DNA of 64,000 nucleotides from an uncultured Syntrophobacterales bacterium (lineage in GTDB: Bacteria > Desulfobacterota > Binatia > UBA9968 > JAJDTQ01), in assembly GCA_964630405.1 (NCBI GenBank), contig CAZVUC010000050.1, forward strand, positions 8,948 through 72,947. The letters are read 5' to 3'. The first letter of the stretch is position 1, and every line of letters starts with the position of its first letter. This document shows, piece by piece, positions 20,018-30,200 of the stretch. A model generated the notes under the pieces. The model searched no databases, had not been told where the DNA came from, and saw nothing but the letters and a program-made list of their open reading frames with translations. A program made the translations under genes and the position numbers.

Positions 20018-22167
20018 GTCTCGCAGACCTCTTCAAGCGGGTCGAGGGCTGGCGCATCGGCCTCGGCGCCAAGATGTACACCGCTTTCGGCGCCGGAGTG
20101 CTGCTGATGCTGGCAGCCAGCGTCGTGGCCTTGGTGGCTTTCAGGGTCGTCAGCAATTCACAGCGTTACATTACCGAGCAGAGCGTGCCCAGTCTGGTGG
20201 CGGCCATCCGGGCCGCGCAGACGAGCTCGGCTCTCGTCGACGCGGCGCCTCGCCTCGTTTCCGCCTCCTCCGAAACGGAGCTCGCCGAGGTCAAGGCGGC
20301 CATGGCCAAGGACCGGGAACTGCTCGACAAGCTGATCGACGAGCTCCGAATGGGCGAGTCGCTGGAGAATCAGGAACAGGCGCGCGCCCTCCGCTCCCTT
20401 TCCGACGCCCTTGCCACCACGCTGGAGAAGATCGAGCAGTCGTCGTCGCGACGGCGGGAGACCCAGCGGCGGCTGGATGCCCGCGAGGCCGAGATCCCGG
20501 TCATGACCCGGCAGATCGATCGTATTCTGGTGCCGGAGATCGACGATCAGCAGTTCTTTCTCGCCACCGGGCTCAGGGAGCTCGACGACCGGCCGGTGCC
20601 TCCCGGGGAGCGCACGTCCTACGCGGAACTGGTGCGCTATCGGGATCTGCTGACCCTGCATACCCAGGCCAACCTTGCCGCGAGGCTACTGGCGGAGGCC
20701 GCGGTGCTGAACGACCGGACCCTGATACAGCCTCTCCGGGAGCGCTACAACGCCGCCCTCGGCTCCTTCGAGCGCGCGTTCCGATCCTCCGAGTCCCGTG
20801 CTTCTCCCACCCGGATGCTCGACTTCGAGTTCGAACGGCTCAAGTCGTTGGGAGAGGGCCCCGAGGGGATATTCGGCCTTCAGGAAGGCATCCTGAGAGA
20901 AGCGGAGATGGAGATCCGCTACATCGAGGAGAACAGGGCCACCGCGTCCAGACTGCTGGCGGCCATGGACCGGGTGGTGGCGGTGGCGGACCGCCAGGCG
21001 GACGAAGCCAGCAACGCCTCCACGTCGGCCGTGAACACGAGCATGGTCGTGCTGGTGGTCCTCAACGTGGTGAACGTGATCGGGGCGGTCGCGCTCGGTT
21101 GGATCTTCGTCGGCCGCTACCTGATCCGGCGCCTGACCGGATTGGCCGCGTCCATGCGTTCCATGGCCGAAGGCAACCTCGAGGTGCCGGTGGAGGTCCG
21201 CGGCAACGACGAGGTGAACGACATGGCGGACGCTCTGGAGGTGTTCCGGAAGCACGCCCTGGAAGTGCAGCGGCTCAACCTGGTGGAGAAGCTCGCCGAT
21301 GAGCTGCAGGAGAAGAACGTCGAGCTGGAGCAGACGCTCAAGGACCTGAAGACCGCGCAGCACCAGGTCATCATGCAGGAGAAGCTGGCATCGCTGGGAC
21401 AGCTCACCGCCGGCATCGCCCACGAGATCAAGAACCCTCTCAATTTCGTCAACAATTTCTCCGAGGTCTCCGGCGAGTTGATCGAGGAGGCGCGGGAGGT
21501 CCTGGGGGAGGTCCGCGAGCAGGTCCCCGATGACGCCCGTGACGAGATCGAGGGGATACTCGACGACTTGACCGCCAATCTCGAGAAGATCAACCAGCAC
21601 GGCAAGCGCGCCGACGGCATCGTGCGCAGCATGCTGGACCACTCACGGGCTCAGTCCGGCGAGCGTCGCGCGGTGGATCTGAACGCGCTGCTCAAGCAGT
21701 ACGCCGATCTCGCCTACCATGCCATGCGCGCCAAGGATCAGCAGTTCAACGTGACCTGGGAAGAGGATCTGGACGGCGGGATGGGCGAGATCGAGGTCGT
21801 GCCCCAGGACTTGAGCCGCGTCTTCCTCAACCTCGTGACCAACGCCTGCCACGCGACCTTCGAACGGGCCAAATCGGACGGCGACTACGAGCCGCGGATC
21901 CGGTTGTACAGCAAGCGTGAGGAAAACCAGGTGGAGTTCCGGATCGGGGACAACGGGCCCGGGATTCCCCAGGACATGATCAAGAAGATCTTCGAGCCTT
22001 TCGTCACCACCAAACCCACCGGGGAAGGCACCGGACTCGGACTTTCCCTCTCCCAGGACATCGTCGCCCAGCACGGAGGCCTCATGGGCGTGAAGTCGGA
22101 GCCGGGCGTGTTCACGGAGTTCTGGATCACCATCCCGGCCGACGGCTCGGTATCCGCCGGCGTGTAG
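20014..22167 (+). CDS. Sensor histidine kinase with two transmembrane segments, HAMP, HisKA and HATPase_c domains.
   Basis: H-box LGQLTAGIAHEIKNPL. N, G1 and G2 boxes DNGPGIP...GTGLGLS. Confidence 0.85.
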   Translation: MSLADLFKRVEGWRIGLGAKMYTAFGAGVLLMLAASVVALVAFRVVSNSQRYITEQSVPSLVAAIRAAQTSSALVDAAPRLVSASSETELAEVKAAMAKDRELLDKLIDELRMGESLENQEQARALRSLSDALATTLEKIEQSSSRRRETQRRLDAREAEIPVMTRQIDRILVPEIDDQQFFLATGLRELDDRPVPPGERTSYAELVRYRDLLTLHTQANLAARLLAEAAVLNDRTLIQPLRERYNAALGSFERAFRSSESRASPTRMLDFEFERLKSLGEGPEGIFGLQEGILREAEMEIRYIEENRATASRLLAAMDRVVAVADRQADEASNASTSAVNTSMVVLVVLNVVNVIGAVALGWIFVGRYLIRRLTGLAASMRSMAEGNLEVPVEVRGNDEVNDMADALEVFRKHALEVQRLNLVEKLADELQEKNVELEQTLKDLKTAQHQVIMQEKLASLGQLTAGIAHEIKNPLNFVNNFSEVSGELIEEAREVLGEVREQVPDDARDEIEGILDDLTANLEKINQHGKRADGIVRSMLDHSRAQSGERRAVDLNALLKQYADLAYHAMRAKDQQFNVTWEEDLDGGMGEIEVVPQDLSRVFLNLVTNACHATFERAKSDGDYEPRIRLYSKREENQVEFRIGDNGPGIPQDMIKKIFEPFVTTKPTGEGTGLGLSLSQDIVAQHGGLMGVKSEPGVFTEFWITIPADGSVSAGV

Positions 22168-22222
22168 ACGGCCCGACGCCGGTAGTCCGCCAGGACCCCT
22201 CGGTCCCGGCGGACCACCCGAG

Positions 22223-23656
22223 TCAGCCGCTGTTGCGGATCGCGTCGGCGTCGTCGGGATCGGGCATGACCACGAACTCGGGGTACGCCTCGATGCCGAG
22301 TTCCCCGGCGTCCTGCCCGAGTTCCTCCACGGACAGCGATACCCGCACTCCCATGAGATGCTTCAGCGCCATCCAGAGCAGCCACGACACCGCGAACACG
22401 AAGACGCCGATGGCCACCACTCCGACCAGTTGTACGCCGAAGTGTCCGCCGGCGACGATGCAGGTGGCAAGGGTCCCCCAGATGCCCGCGAACAGGTGGA
22501 CCGGAATCGCGCCGACGACGTCGTCCACCTTGAGCAGTTCCAGCAGCCTCAAGCCGGCCACGCAGATGCCCCCGCCGACCGCGCCGATGATCACCGCCCA
22601 GTAGTGGCCGGCGAAGTCGGGTCCCGCCGTAATGGACACCAGGCCCGCCAGGGCGCCGTTGAGGCCCGCCATCAGGTCGATGCGCCCGAGCAGGGGCCGC
22701 TCGATCACGAGGGCGACCAGAAACCCCGCGGCCCCGGCCAGGTTGGTGTTGACCAGGATGTGGCTGATGGCCACCGCATCGGCGGCGCCGCCCAGGGCAA
22801 GCTGCGAGCCGCCGTTGAAACCGAACCATCCGAGCCACAGGATGAAGACGCCCAGGGTGACGATGGGGATGTTGGAAGGAGGCGTGGCCTTGACGTTGCC
22901 GTCGGCGCGGAACTTGCCGCGCCGGGCCCCCACCACGATGGCCCCCGCCAGCGCCGCCCAGCCTCCGGTGGAATGGACGATGGTGGAGCCCGCGAAGTCC
23001 TTGAAGCCCATGGCGCCCAGCCATCCGCCGCCCCAGGTCCAGGCGCCGACGATGGGATAGAGGATGCCCGTCAGTACGATGATGAACACGAAGAAGGTCC
23101 AGAGCTTCACACGTTCGGCCAGCGTGCCGGAGACGATGGAGGCGGTGGTGGCCACGAATACCATCTGGAAGAACCAGTCCGACATCGTCGCGTAGTCGGA
23201 CTTGATCACCGCCTCGGTCGCCGCCGCCCTGGTCTGGTCCGTAGCCGACAAGAGGGCGACTTCTTCCGCCGTAGGTCCGTAGAAGGGAGTGAAGGTGCCG
23301 ATGAAGCTGCCCACCTCCACGTACATCAGGTTGTAGCCGATGAAGAAGTACATGATCCCGGCGATGGCGTAGAGGCCCATGTTCTTGAGGCAAATCATGG
23401 AGACGTTCTTCGTCCGCACCGAACCCGACTCGAGCATGGTGAAGCCCGCGCACATCCACATCACCAGGGCGCCCCAGATGAGGAAGGAGAACGTGTTCAG
23501 AACGAACTGCGCCTCCTTGTCCAGGGCGGCGTCCGCAGCCGTCGCCAACCAGAAAAAGCCCAGCGCCGCGGCGAGTGCCCCCGCCGCGGCCAAGCGGCCG
23601 AAGTGTCCGCCGAGACCGAATACGTTTGTGAGAATGCCGTATTTTCTCATGTCCAC
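22223..23656 (-). CDS. amt: Ammonium transporter.
   Basis: 477 aa. Amt/MEP family motifs, signal peptide, 11 transmembrane segments. GGAGG Shine-Dalgarno. Confidence 0.95.
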   Translation of the reverse strand: MDMRKYGILTNVFGLGGHFGRLAAAGALAAALGFFWLATAADAALDKEAQFVLNTFSFLIWGALVMWMCAGFTMLESGSVRTKNVSMICLKNMGLYAIAGIMYFFIGYNLMYVEVGSFIGTFTPFYGPTAEEVALLSATDQTRAAATEAVIKSDYATMSDWFFQMVFVATTASIVSGTLAERVKLWTFFVFIIVLTGILYPIVGAWTWGGGWLGAMGFKDFAGSTIVHSTGGWAALAGAIVVGARRGKFRADGNVKATPPSNIPIVTLGVFILWLGWFGFNGGSQLALGGAADAVAISHILVNTNLAGAAGFLVALVIERPLLGRIDLMAGLNGALAGLVSITAGPDFAGHYWAVIIGAVGGGICVAGLRLLELLKVDDVVGAIPVHLFAGIWGTLATCIVAGGHFGVQLVGVVAIGVFVFAVSWLLWMALKHLMGVRVSLSVEELGQDAGELGIEAYPEFVVMPDPDDADAIRNSG

Positions 23657-23747
23657 GGTACCTCCGGTTTCATCGAATTCGCCTGCAAACCTCCAGGTCC
23701 TCCGGCCCGGTCACGGGTCCGCTCATCCTGTCCGGCCGGCCATGCTC

Positions 23748-25163
23748 CTAGATGTGGTAGTAGTGGAAGAACTCCGCCGGGACGGGATGGAGGAACACAT
23801 CCTTCGACTCCTGCTCCTTGAACGCGATGTAGTGGTCGATGACATCCTGCGTGAAGACACCGCCCTCCAGCAGGAAGTCGTGGTCCGCACCGAGGGCCGC
23901 CACCGCTTCCTCCATGGAGGTGGGAACGGAAGGAATACCGGCCGCTTCCTCGGGGCTGAGCTCGTATATGTCCGTGTCGGTGGGGTCGCCGGGGTCGATG
24001 CGGTTGCGTATGCCGTCAAGGCCCGCCATCAACATGGCGGAAAAGGCCAGGTACGTGTTGGCGGAAGGGTCCGGAGGGCGGAACTCGATGCGTTTGCTGG
24101 CAGCCGAGGTCTCGTAGGTGGGGATGCGGACCGCGGCCGAACGGTTGCGCGCCGAGTAGGCCAGGTAGACCGGCGCCTCGAAGCCGGGCACCAGACGCTT
24201 GTAGGAGTTGGTCGTGGGGGCGCAAAAGGCCAGCAATGACGGGCTGTGCTTGAGCAGTCCGCCGATGTAGTGCCGCGCCAACTCCGACAACTCGGCATAG
24301 CCGCCGGCGTCGTAGAAGAGCGGCGTATCGCCGAGCCACAGCGACTGATGCACGTGCATGCCGCTGCCGTTGTCGCCGAACAGGGGCTTGGGCATGAAGG
24401 TCGCGGTCTTGCCGTGGGCCTTGGCCACGTTGCGGACGATGTGCTTGTACCATTGGGTCTCGTCGGCTTTCCGGCGCAGGGTCTGGAAGCGGGTCGCGAT
24501 CTCGCCCTGGCCGCCCGTCGCCACCTCGTGGTGATGGACCTCGAACTCGAGGCCGACCTGCTCCATCTTCTCCGCCATCTCCCAGCGCAGGTCCGCGAGC
24601 TGGTCGAACGGGGGAATGGGCGAATAGCCCTGCTTGGGCGGAATCTTGTAGCCCAGGTTGTGGTCGTCCTCCTCCCGGGCCGAGTTCCAGTCGGCCTCGT
24701 CGGAGTCGACGATGTGGAACGACGAGTTGAGCTTCATGCCGAAGCGCACGTTCTCGAATACGAAGAACTCGAGCTCCGGACCGAAGAACGCCTTATCGGC
24801 GATGCCGGAGGCGTTGAGGTGAGCTTCCGCCTTGGTGGCGACGTAGCGCGGGTCGCGGGTGTAGCGATCACCGTTCACCGGGTCCACGACGTCGCAGATG
24901 AGCTTGAGGGAGGGTTCCGACTCCACCGGATCGATGCGGGCGGTGTCCAGATCCGGAACCAGCAGCATGTCGGACTGGTCGATGGACTGGAAGCCGCGCA
25001 GGCTGGAGCCGTCAAAGCCCTGACCGCGTTCGACGAGGCTTTCCTTCACTCTGGAAGGAGGTATCGAAAAGTGTTGCCAACGGCCGATGAGGTCGGTGAC
25101 CAAGAGGTCGACACGCCGTACGTTGTTGTCCGAAATCAGTTTCTGAACGTCCTCAAGTGTCAT
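23748..25163 (-). CDS. glnA: Glutamine synthetase type I.
   Basis: 471 aa. GS-I colinear, with the adenylylation-site region and NSYKRLVPGFEAP motifs. Confidence 0.95.
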   Translation of the reverse strand: MTLEDVQKLISDNNVRRVDLLVTDLIGRWQHFSIPPSRVKESLVERGQGFDGSSLRGFQSIDQSDMLLVPDLDTARIDPVESEPSLKLICDVVDPVNGDRYTRDPRYVATKAEAHLNASGIADKAFFGPELEFFVFENVRFGMKLNSSFHIVDSDEADWNSAREEDDHNLGYKIPPKQGYSPIPPFDQLADLRWEMAEKMEQVGLEFEVHHHEVATGGQGEIATRFQTLRRKADETQWYKHIVRNVAKAHGKTATFMPKPLFGDNGSGMHVHQSLWLGDTPLFYDAGGYAELSELARHYIGGLLKHSPSLLAFCAPTTNSYKRLVPGFEAPVYLAYSARNRSAAVRIPTYETSAASKRIEFRPPDPSANTYLAFSAMLMAGLDGIRNRIDPGDPTDTDIYELSPEEAAGIPSVPTSMEEAVAALGADHDFLLEGGVFTQDVIDHYIAFKEQESKDVFLHPVPAEFFHYYHI

Positions 25164-25357
25164 AATGGGTCTCCTTCAGCCGGCTTGCTCCGATGATCTT
25201 GTGGTGAGATACCAAATTTGCTTTCTATCGCATAACACATGTCGCATATCGTAACGAGGATCACAGATCGGATCGGTTTCCTGCCGTCGATTTTCGTCAT
25301 GCACGTTCGAACGGCCCGCGGTCGGCAAGGCGGCCGCGAGGCCGTTGGAGGCCCGCC

Positions 25358-27082
25358 ATGGTCATGATGTGGCGTCTCGGGATCGCCGTGTCGTTGTTCG
25401 CGGTTCTGGCCGGGGGCTCGGCCCATGCCGTCGAGTTGAATCTGCCTTATCGGGAAGAGGGGTTGAGCCGCGAACAAGCCGCGGCATATCTCCTGGAGCG
25501 TTTCGCTTTCGGCCCGCGGCCGGGAGAGGTGGAGCAGGTGGCCAGGCTGGGGCCGGCGAAGTGGTTGGCGCGGCAGCTGGCGGGCCAGCTGCCGGATCCC
25601 GGGCTCGACGAGCGGCTGAAGGCGTTCCCAGCCCTGGCCATGACGCAGGCGGAGATACACGAGGTCTACGTGTCCAACGGACGGCTCCGCCGGCGGATGC
25701 AGAGTGAAGGGGTACTGGATCCGGCGGGCACGTCGCGCGCGGAGATGAGGAGGAAGATGGCGCGGTACCGCGAGAAGCACGGCCTGCAACCTTACCACCG
25801 CCTCTTCAACCGGGAGCTTCGCGGGCAGAAGCTCGTGCGGGCCGTCTACGGCGAGGACCAGCTCGCGGAGGTCCTGACGAGTTTCTGGTTCAACCACTTC
25901 AACGTGACCACGCGCAATCGCGGCGCGCGCAGCCGCGTGTTGACCTATGAACGCGACGCCATCCGCCCTCACGTGCTGGGGAAGTTTCGCACGATGCTGG
26001 GGGCGACGGCGAAGCATCCGGCCATGCTCTACTATCTCGACAACGTGCGGTCGCGCATGGCGCCGCCGGGCCGGAACCGGCCGGTGCAGGGCGGCACGGG
26101 CATGGCGGGAGGGATGATGGCCGCCGCCCCTGCCGAGCGGCCGCGCAAGTTCGGTTTGAACGAGAACTACGCCCGGGAGCTGATGGAGTTGCACACGCTG
26201 GGCGTGGACGGCGGCTACACGCAACGGGACGTCACGGAGGTGGCGCGCGTGCTGACCGGATGGGGCGTCATGCCCTACGGCGAGCGGCGAACGAAAATTG
26301 AGCAGCGCATCGCGAGGGGAAACCGGAACCTCGTCCGGCAGGGTGAGTTCCTGTTCCGGAAACGTCGGCACGACACCGGAGCCAAGGTGGCGTTGGGGGT
26401 GAAGTTCCCGCCGGGAGGCGGCGTGGAGGAAGGCGAGCGGACCCTGGACCTGCTCGCGGAGCATCCGTCCACGGCGCGCTTCATCTCGACCAAGCTGGCG
26501 CGCCGGTTCGTGAGCGATCATCCGCCGGAGGCCCTGGTGGCGCGCATGGCCGGAATGTTCGCCCGAACCGGCGGCGACCTGGCCGCGGTGATGGCGACCC
26601 TCGCGCAATCGCGCGCCTTCTGGGCCGAGGCCCGGACGCGCGGCAAGATGAAATCGCCGTTCGAGCTGGTGGCGAGCTCCCTGCGCGCGCTGGACGCGGA
26701 CGTGAGGCGCTCGCGGCCGGTCATGCAGTGGCTGGAACGCATGGGTCAGCCCCTTTACGGCTACACGCCCCCCACGGGCCATCCGGACTATGCCTCGTCG
26801 TGGATGAACTCGGGCGCCCTCATCGCGCGCATCAACTTCGGCGTGCATCTCGCCGGCGGCCGCATCAAGGGGATTTCCCTCAAGCGTTTGCCCAAGCGGC
26901 GGCGGCGCGACGTGATGACGACGGACAAGGCCCTGGCGGTTTACGGCGCGTTGCTGCTGCCCGCGCGGGATACCCGCGAGATCGCGTCGGAGGTCCGGAA
27001 AACGATCCCACGGGATGCCGAGCGCAAGGACATGAAGGTGGCCGGCATGTTGTTGGCTTCGCCGGAGTTTCAATACCGGTAG
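25358..27082 (+). CDS. DUF1800 domain protein, secreted.
   Basis: Signal peptide. DUF1800 colinearity. Paired with the DUF1501 gene downstream. Confidence 0.8.
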   Translation: MVMMWRLGIAVSLFAVLAGGSAHAVELNLPYREEGLSREQAAAYLLERFAFGPRPGEVEQVARLGPAKWLARQLAGQLPDPGLDERLKAFPALAMTQAEIHEVYVSNGRLRRRMQSEGVLDPAGTSRAEMRRKMARYREKHGLQPYHRLFNRELRGQKLVRAVYGEDQLAEVLTSFWFNHFNVTTRNRGARSRVLTYERDAIRPHVLGKFRTMLGATAKHPAMLYYLDNVRSRMAPPGRNRPVQGGTGMAGGMMAAAPAERPRKFGLNENYARELMELHTLGVDGGYTQRDVTEVARVLTGWGVMPYGERRTKIEQRIARGNRNLVRQGEFLFRKRRHDTGAKVALGVKFPPGGGVEEGERTLDLLAEHPSTARFISTKLARRFVSDHPPEALVARMAGMFARTGGDLAAVMATLAQSRAFWAEARTRGKMKSPFELVASSLRALDADVRRSRPVMQWLERMGQPLYGYTPPTGHPDYASSWMNSGALIARINFGVHLAGGRIKGISLKRLPKRRRRDVMTTDKALAVYGALLLPARDTREIASEVRKTIPRDAERKDMKVAGMLLASPEFQYR

Positions 27083-27096
27083 CGGAAGGCACCGTC

Positions 27097-28359
27097 ATGG
27101 GATGGACCCGAAGAGCCTTGATCAAGGGCGGCGGCTTGGCGTTGATCTCGCTTTCGCTGGGGGGCACGCCGCCGTTCCTGCGCCGCGCCGCCGTCGCCGC
27201 CGGCGATCCGTTGCCTTACGGACGCCGGAAAGTGCTGGTGGCGCTCTTTCAGCGAGGCGCCATGGACGGGTTGATGGCGGTGACGCCCATCCACGACCCG
27301 GCGCTGGCCGCCGCGCGCCCCAACCTGTTCATGAGCTTGAGGCGGGGGGACACGGCTCTCGACGGACGTTTCGCCATGCATCCCGCGTTCGCGCCGCTGT
27401 TGCCGCTGTACCGGGAGGGACGCCTGGCGGTGGTGCACGGGGTGGGTTCGGTCCACAAGACGCGCTCGCATTTCGATGCGCAGGACTACATGGAGATGGG
27501 CACGCCGGGCGTGAAGAGCACGCCGTCGGGGTGGCTCAACCGAGCCGCCGGGCTGCTCGGGCGGCCGGCGTCTTCGGCCCGGATGGTGGCGCTCACCGAC
27601 AAGCTGCCGCGGTCGTTCTACGGCGACCGCCCCGCCGTCGCCGTGGACGACCTGCAGTCCTTCGGCATCCGGGTCCCGGACGACCCGGAGGCTTCGGAGA
27701 GGTTTCGGACGGGCTTTGCGTCCATGTACGCCGGAAGCGCGAAACGTCTCGCCCGGCGGGTGGGCAGGGAAAGCTTCGAGGCGGTCGAGGTGTTGAGGAA
27801 GACCGACTGGAGCGGCTACCGCCCCGGAGACGGAGCCGTGTACCCCGATTCGGCGCTGGGCCGGCGCCTGAGACAGGTGGCCATGCTCATCAAGGCGGAG
27901 GTGGGGCTCGAAGTGGCCTTCACCGAGACCGGCGGTTGGGATACGCACGTGAGGCAGGGCACCACGGCCGGTTCCTTCGCGGACCGGGCCGCTGACCTGT
28001 CACGGGCGCTGGCGGCCTTCTGGACCGATCTCGGCCCGTATCAGGACGACGCGGTGCTCCTCACCATGACCGAGTTCGGGCGCACGGTGGAACAGAACGG
28101 TTCGCTGGGCACCGACCACGGCCGCGGGTCCTGTCTGTTCGTCCTCGGCAACGAAGTGGAAGGCGGCAGGGTGCACGGCACGGTGCCGGACCGGCTGGTG
28201 AGGGATGCGCTCGAAGACGGCCGCGATCTGCCCGTGACCACCGATTTCCGTTCCGTGTTCGCCGAGGTGGCCGGCAGACATCTGGGCATCCCGCGTTCCG
28301 ACGACGGCGTGGTGTTCCCTGGTTGGGAGGGCCGGCGGCGCAGGTTGATGAAAAACTAG
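27097..28359 (+). CDS. DUF1501 domain protein with a Tat-type signal (RRALIKGG).
   Basis: Start at the internal ATG 27097, with GGAAGG Shine-Dalgarno. 420 aa. Canonical DUF1800/DUF1501 pair. Confidence 0.8.
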   Translation: MGWTRRALIKGGGLALISLSLGGTPPFLRRAAVAAGDPLPYGRRKVLVALFQRGAMDGLMAVTPIHDPALAAARPNLFMSLRRGDTALDGRFAMHPAFAPLLPLYREGRLAVVHGVGSVHKTRSHFDAQDYMEMGTPGVKSTPSGWLNRAAGLLGRPASSARMVALTDKLPRSFYGDRPAVAVDDLQSFGIRVPDDPEASERFRTGFASMYAGSAKRLARRVGRESFEAVEVLRKTDWSGYRPGDGAVYPDSALGRRLRQVAMLIKAEVGLEVAFTETGGWDTHVRQGTTAGSFADRAADLSRALAAFWTDLGPYQDDAVLLTMTEFGRTVEQNGSLGTDHGRGSCLFVLGNEVEGGRVHGTVPDRLVRDALEDGRDLPVTTDFRSVFAEVAGRHLGIPRSDDGVVFPGWEGRRRRLMKN

Positions 28360-28372
28360 GACAGGCTCCTAG
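28359..28372. repeat. Solo copy of the element-B terminal motif GGACAGGCTCCTAG. It spans the stop codons of two convergent genes.
   Basis: 14/14 identity with the right terminus of element B (62474-62487). The palindromic CTAG supplies TAG stops on both strands. Confidence 0.35.
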
Positions 28373-29223
28373 CCCTCCATTCTCTCGATGAAGACTTCCG
28401 TTTCGAGGGTCGAGCCGGCGGCCCCGCGGAAGACGCCGCGGGTCGGCGGGACATCGGCGTAGTCGCGCCCGACCGCTACCCGGATGTGCCGCTCGTCGCC
28501 TTCGGTGTCGTTGGTGGGGTCGAATCCGACCCACCCGAGTCCGGGGAACCAGCATTCCACCCAGGCGTGGCTCTCGCACCTCGCCACCCCGGCCTCGGGA
28601 GGACCGAGATAACCGGACACGTACCGGCACGGCAGCCCCCAGCCGCGCAGGACGGCGGCCATGACGTGAGCGTAGTCCTGGCATACGCCCCGTCCGGTCT
28701 CGAGAATCCGGTCGATGGGTGAATCCACCCGGGTTTCTCCCGGGACGTACTCGAACACCCCGTGAAGTTTTGCGCAGAGAGCCCGGGCGTCCACCAGAGG
28801 GTCCTCCCCCCGGGTGATGTCGTGGGTTTCCATGAACTTCGCCAGCGCCGGGGTCCAATCGACGAAACGGCTGGGGTGGGCCATCGGCCAGAACTCAACG
28901 GTCGCCGCCGCGCGCCGGATCGCCTCGGCGGCGCCGGCGTCCAGCCGCTCGGGTGTGGGTGCCAACGGGCCCACCTCCACCGTGGATCGGACGGTGACCG
29001 CGAACCGTTCGTGGTCACGGGCCCGGTCGAGGAAATACCCCGTATTGCCGAAGGGGTCGGTGAAATCGAACAGCAAACCGTCCGGATCGGTGGCAATGGA
29101 GAATTCCCGGACAAGCTGGGTGCGGTCGCGGACCGGACACACGTACAGCGTCATCACCGAGTCCCTGGCGGCCGCGGCGTACCTGAAATGCATGCGGTGT
29201 TCGATGGCGTAGGTGACGATCAA
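28369..29223 (-). CDS. Transglutaminase-like protein (N-terminal Bact_transglu_N domain plus transglutaminase core).
   Basis: 284 aa with Cys-His-Asp core motifs (GVCQDYAHV...HAWVECW...GFDPTN). Confidence 0.8.
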   Translation of the reverse strand: MIVTYAIEHRMHFRYAAAARDSVMTLYVCPVRDRTQLVREFSIATDPDGLLFDFTDPFGNTGYFLDRARDHERFAVTVRSTVEVGPLAPTPERLDAGAAEAIRRAAATVEFWPMAHPSRFVDWTPALAKFMETHDITRGEDPLVDARALCAKLHGVFEYVPGETRVDSPIDRILETGRGVCQDYAHVMAAVLRGWGLPCRYVSGYLGPPEAGVARCESHAWVECWFPGLGWVGFDPTNDTEGDERHIRVAVGRDYADVPPTRGVFRGAAGSTLETEVFIERMEG

Positions 29224-30194
29224 GTGGCAAGCCCCTCGGCCGGAGTATGGGTCACGTAGGCGGCCATGGTCAGTTGGTGGAGAGTCCGGGCGTCATTTTC
29301 CACCGAGCGGAAATAGTCGCCGGCGGCGGCCTCCGCCGAGAGGCCCGCGGGCTCCATCTCGACCGTCGCGGTGAGGCGCAACGCCATCCGATGCGGCGGC
29401 GCCAGGGGGTAGCGGGCGCCCACCGGGTCGATGCCCGCCAGCAACTCCTCGATGCGCTGGACCGAGAAGCGTAGCGAGCGAGGGAGCTCCGGGTCCTGGG
29501 TGAGCAGGCTGACGGTTTCCTTCTTCTCCACGTCGGTGGAGTGGCGGCGGCAATAGACCTCGTATGCGCCGCACACCCGCAGAAGCTCGGCCCACGAGAG
29601 GCCGCTGGCCCGTTCCTCGAAATTCAGCTCGACCCAGGAGGCGAGCAGCGCCGCCTGATGCTGGACCCGTTCGATGAACCGGCCCAGCTCGAGGAAACGC
29701 CACGTGTCGTCCCGCGGCATGACGTCTTCCACCACCCCAGCCAACAGCCGCAGCCGGTCGATGGCTTCGGTCACCAGGGCGGCGGGCGCCTTGGACCAGG
29801 CCGCGCTGAAATCGCTCTCCCGTATCCAGAGGTAGCCCTGGTTGAGACACGTCCACACGGGTAACGGCAACTGCGCGCGCACGCGCTGCCCGTTCTCCCG
29901 CCCCAACTCCCAGCATGAAAGCAGCGAGTCCGGATTGGACCGCTCTTCCACCAGTCCGCCGGCCAACGTGTAGGCGTCCGGGATGACGACGGTTTCCGCG
30001 TCATCGCCGCTCGCGGTCGCACCCACCGGCGCCTGTCCGAGGATCCGGTAGACCGCTTGCCAGCCGATGTTCAAATCGTCCGCCGGGCAGTCGGCGAGCC
30101 GAGTGAGCTGGAATCGGAGAAGGCGCGCCGTGTGCTCGATGCGTTCGACGTGACGCCCCAGCCAATAGAACTCGGCGGCTACCCGTGCCAGCAT
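29220..30194 (-). CDS. Alpha-E domain protein (DUF403).
   Basis: Starts MLARVAAEFYWLGRHVERIEHTARLL. Conserved partner of the circularly permuted ATP-grasp gene. Confidence 0.75.
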   Translation of the reverse strand: MLARVAAEFYWLGRHVERIEHTARLLRFQLTRLADCPADDLNIGWQAVYRILGQAPVGATASGDDAETVVIPDAYTLAGGLVEERSNPDSLLSCWELGRENGQRVRAQLPLPVWTCLNQGYLWIRESDFSAAWSKAPAALVTEAIDRLRLLAGVVEDVMPRDDTWRFLELGRFIERVQHQAALLASWVELNFEERASGLSWAELLRVCGAYEVYCRRHSTDVEKKETVSLLTQDPELPRSLRFSVQRIEELLAGIDPVGARYPLAPPHRMALRLTATVEMEPAGLSAEAAAGDYFRSVENDARTLHQLTMAAYVTHTPAEGLAT

Positions 30195-30200
30195 GATGCC

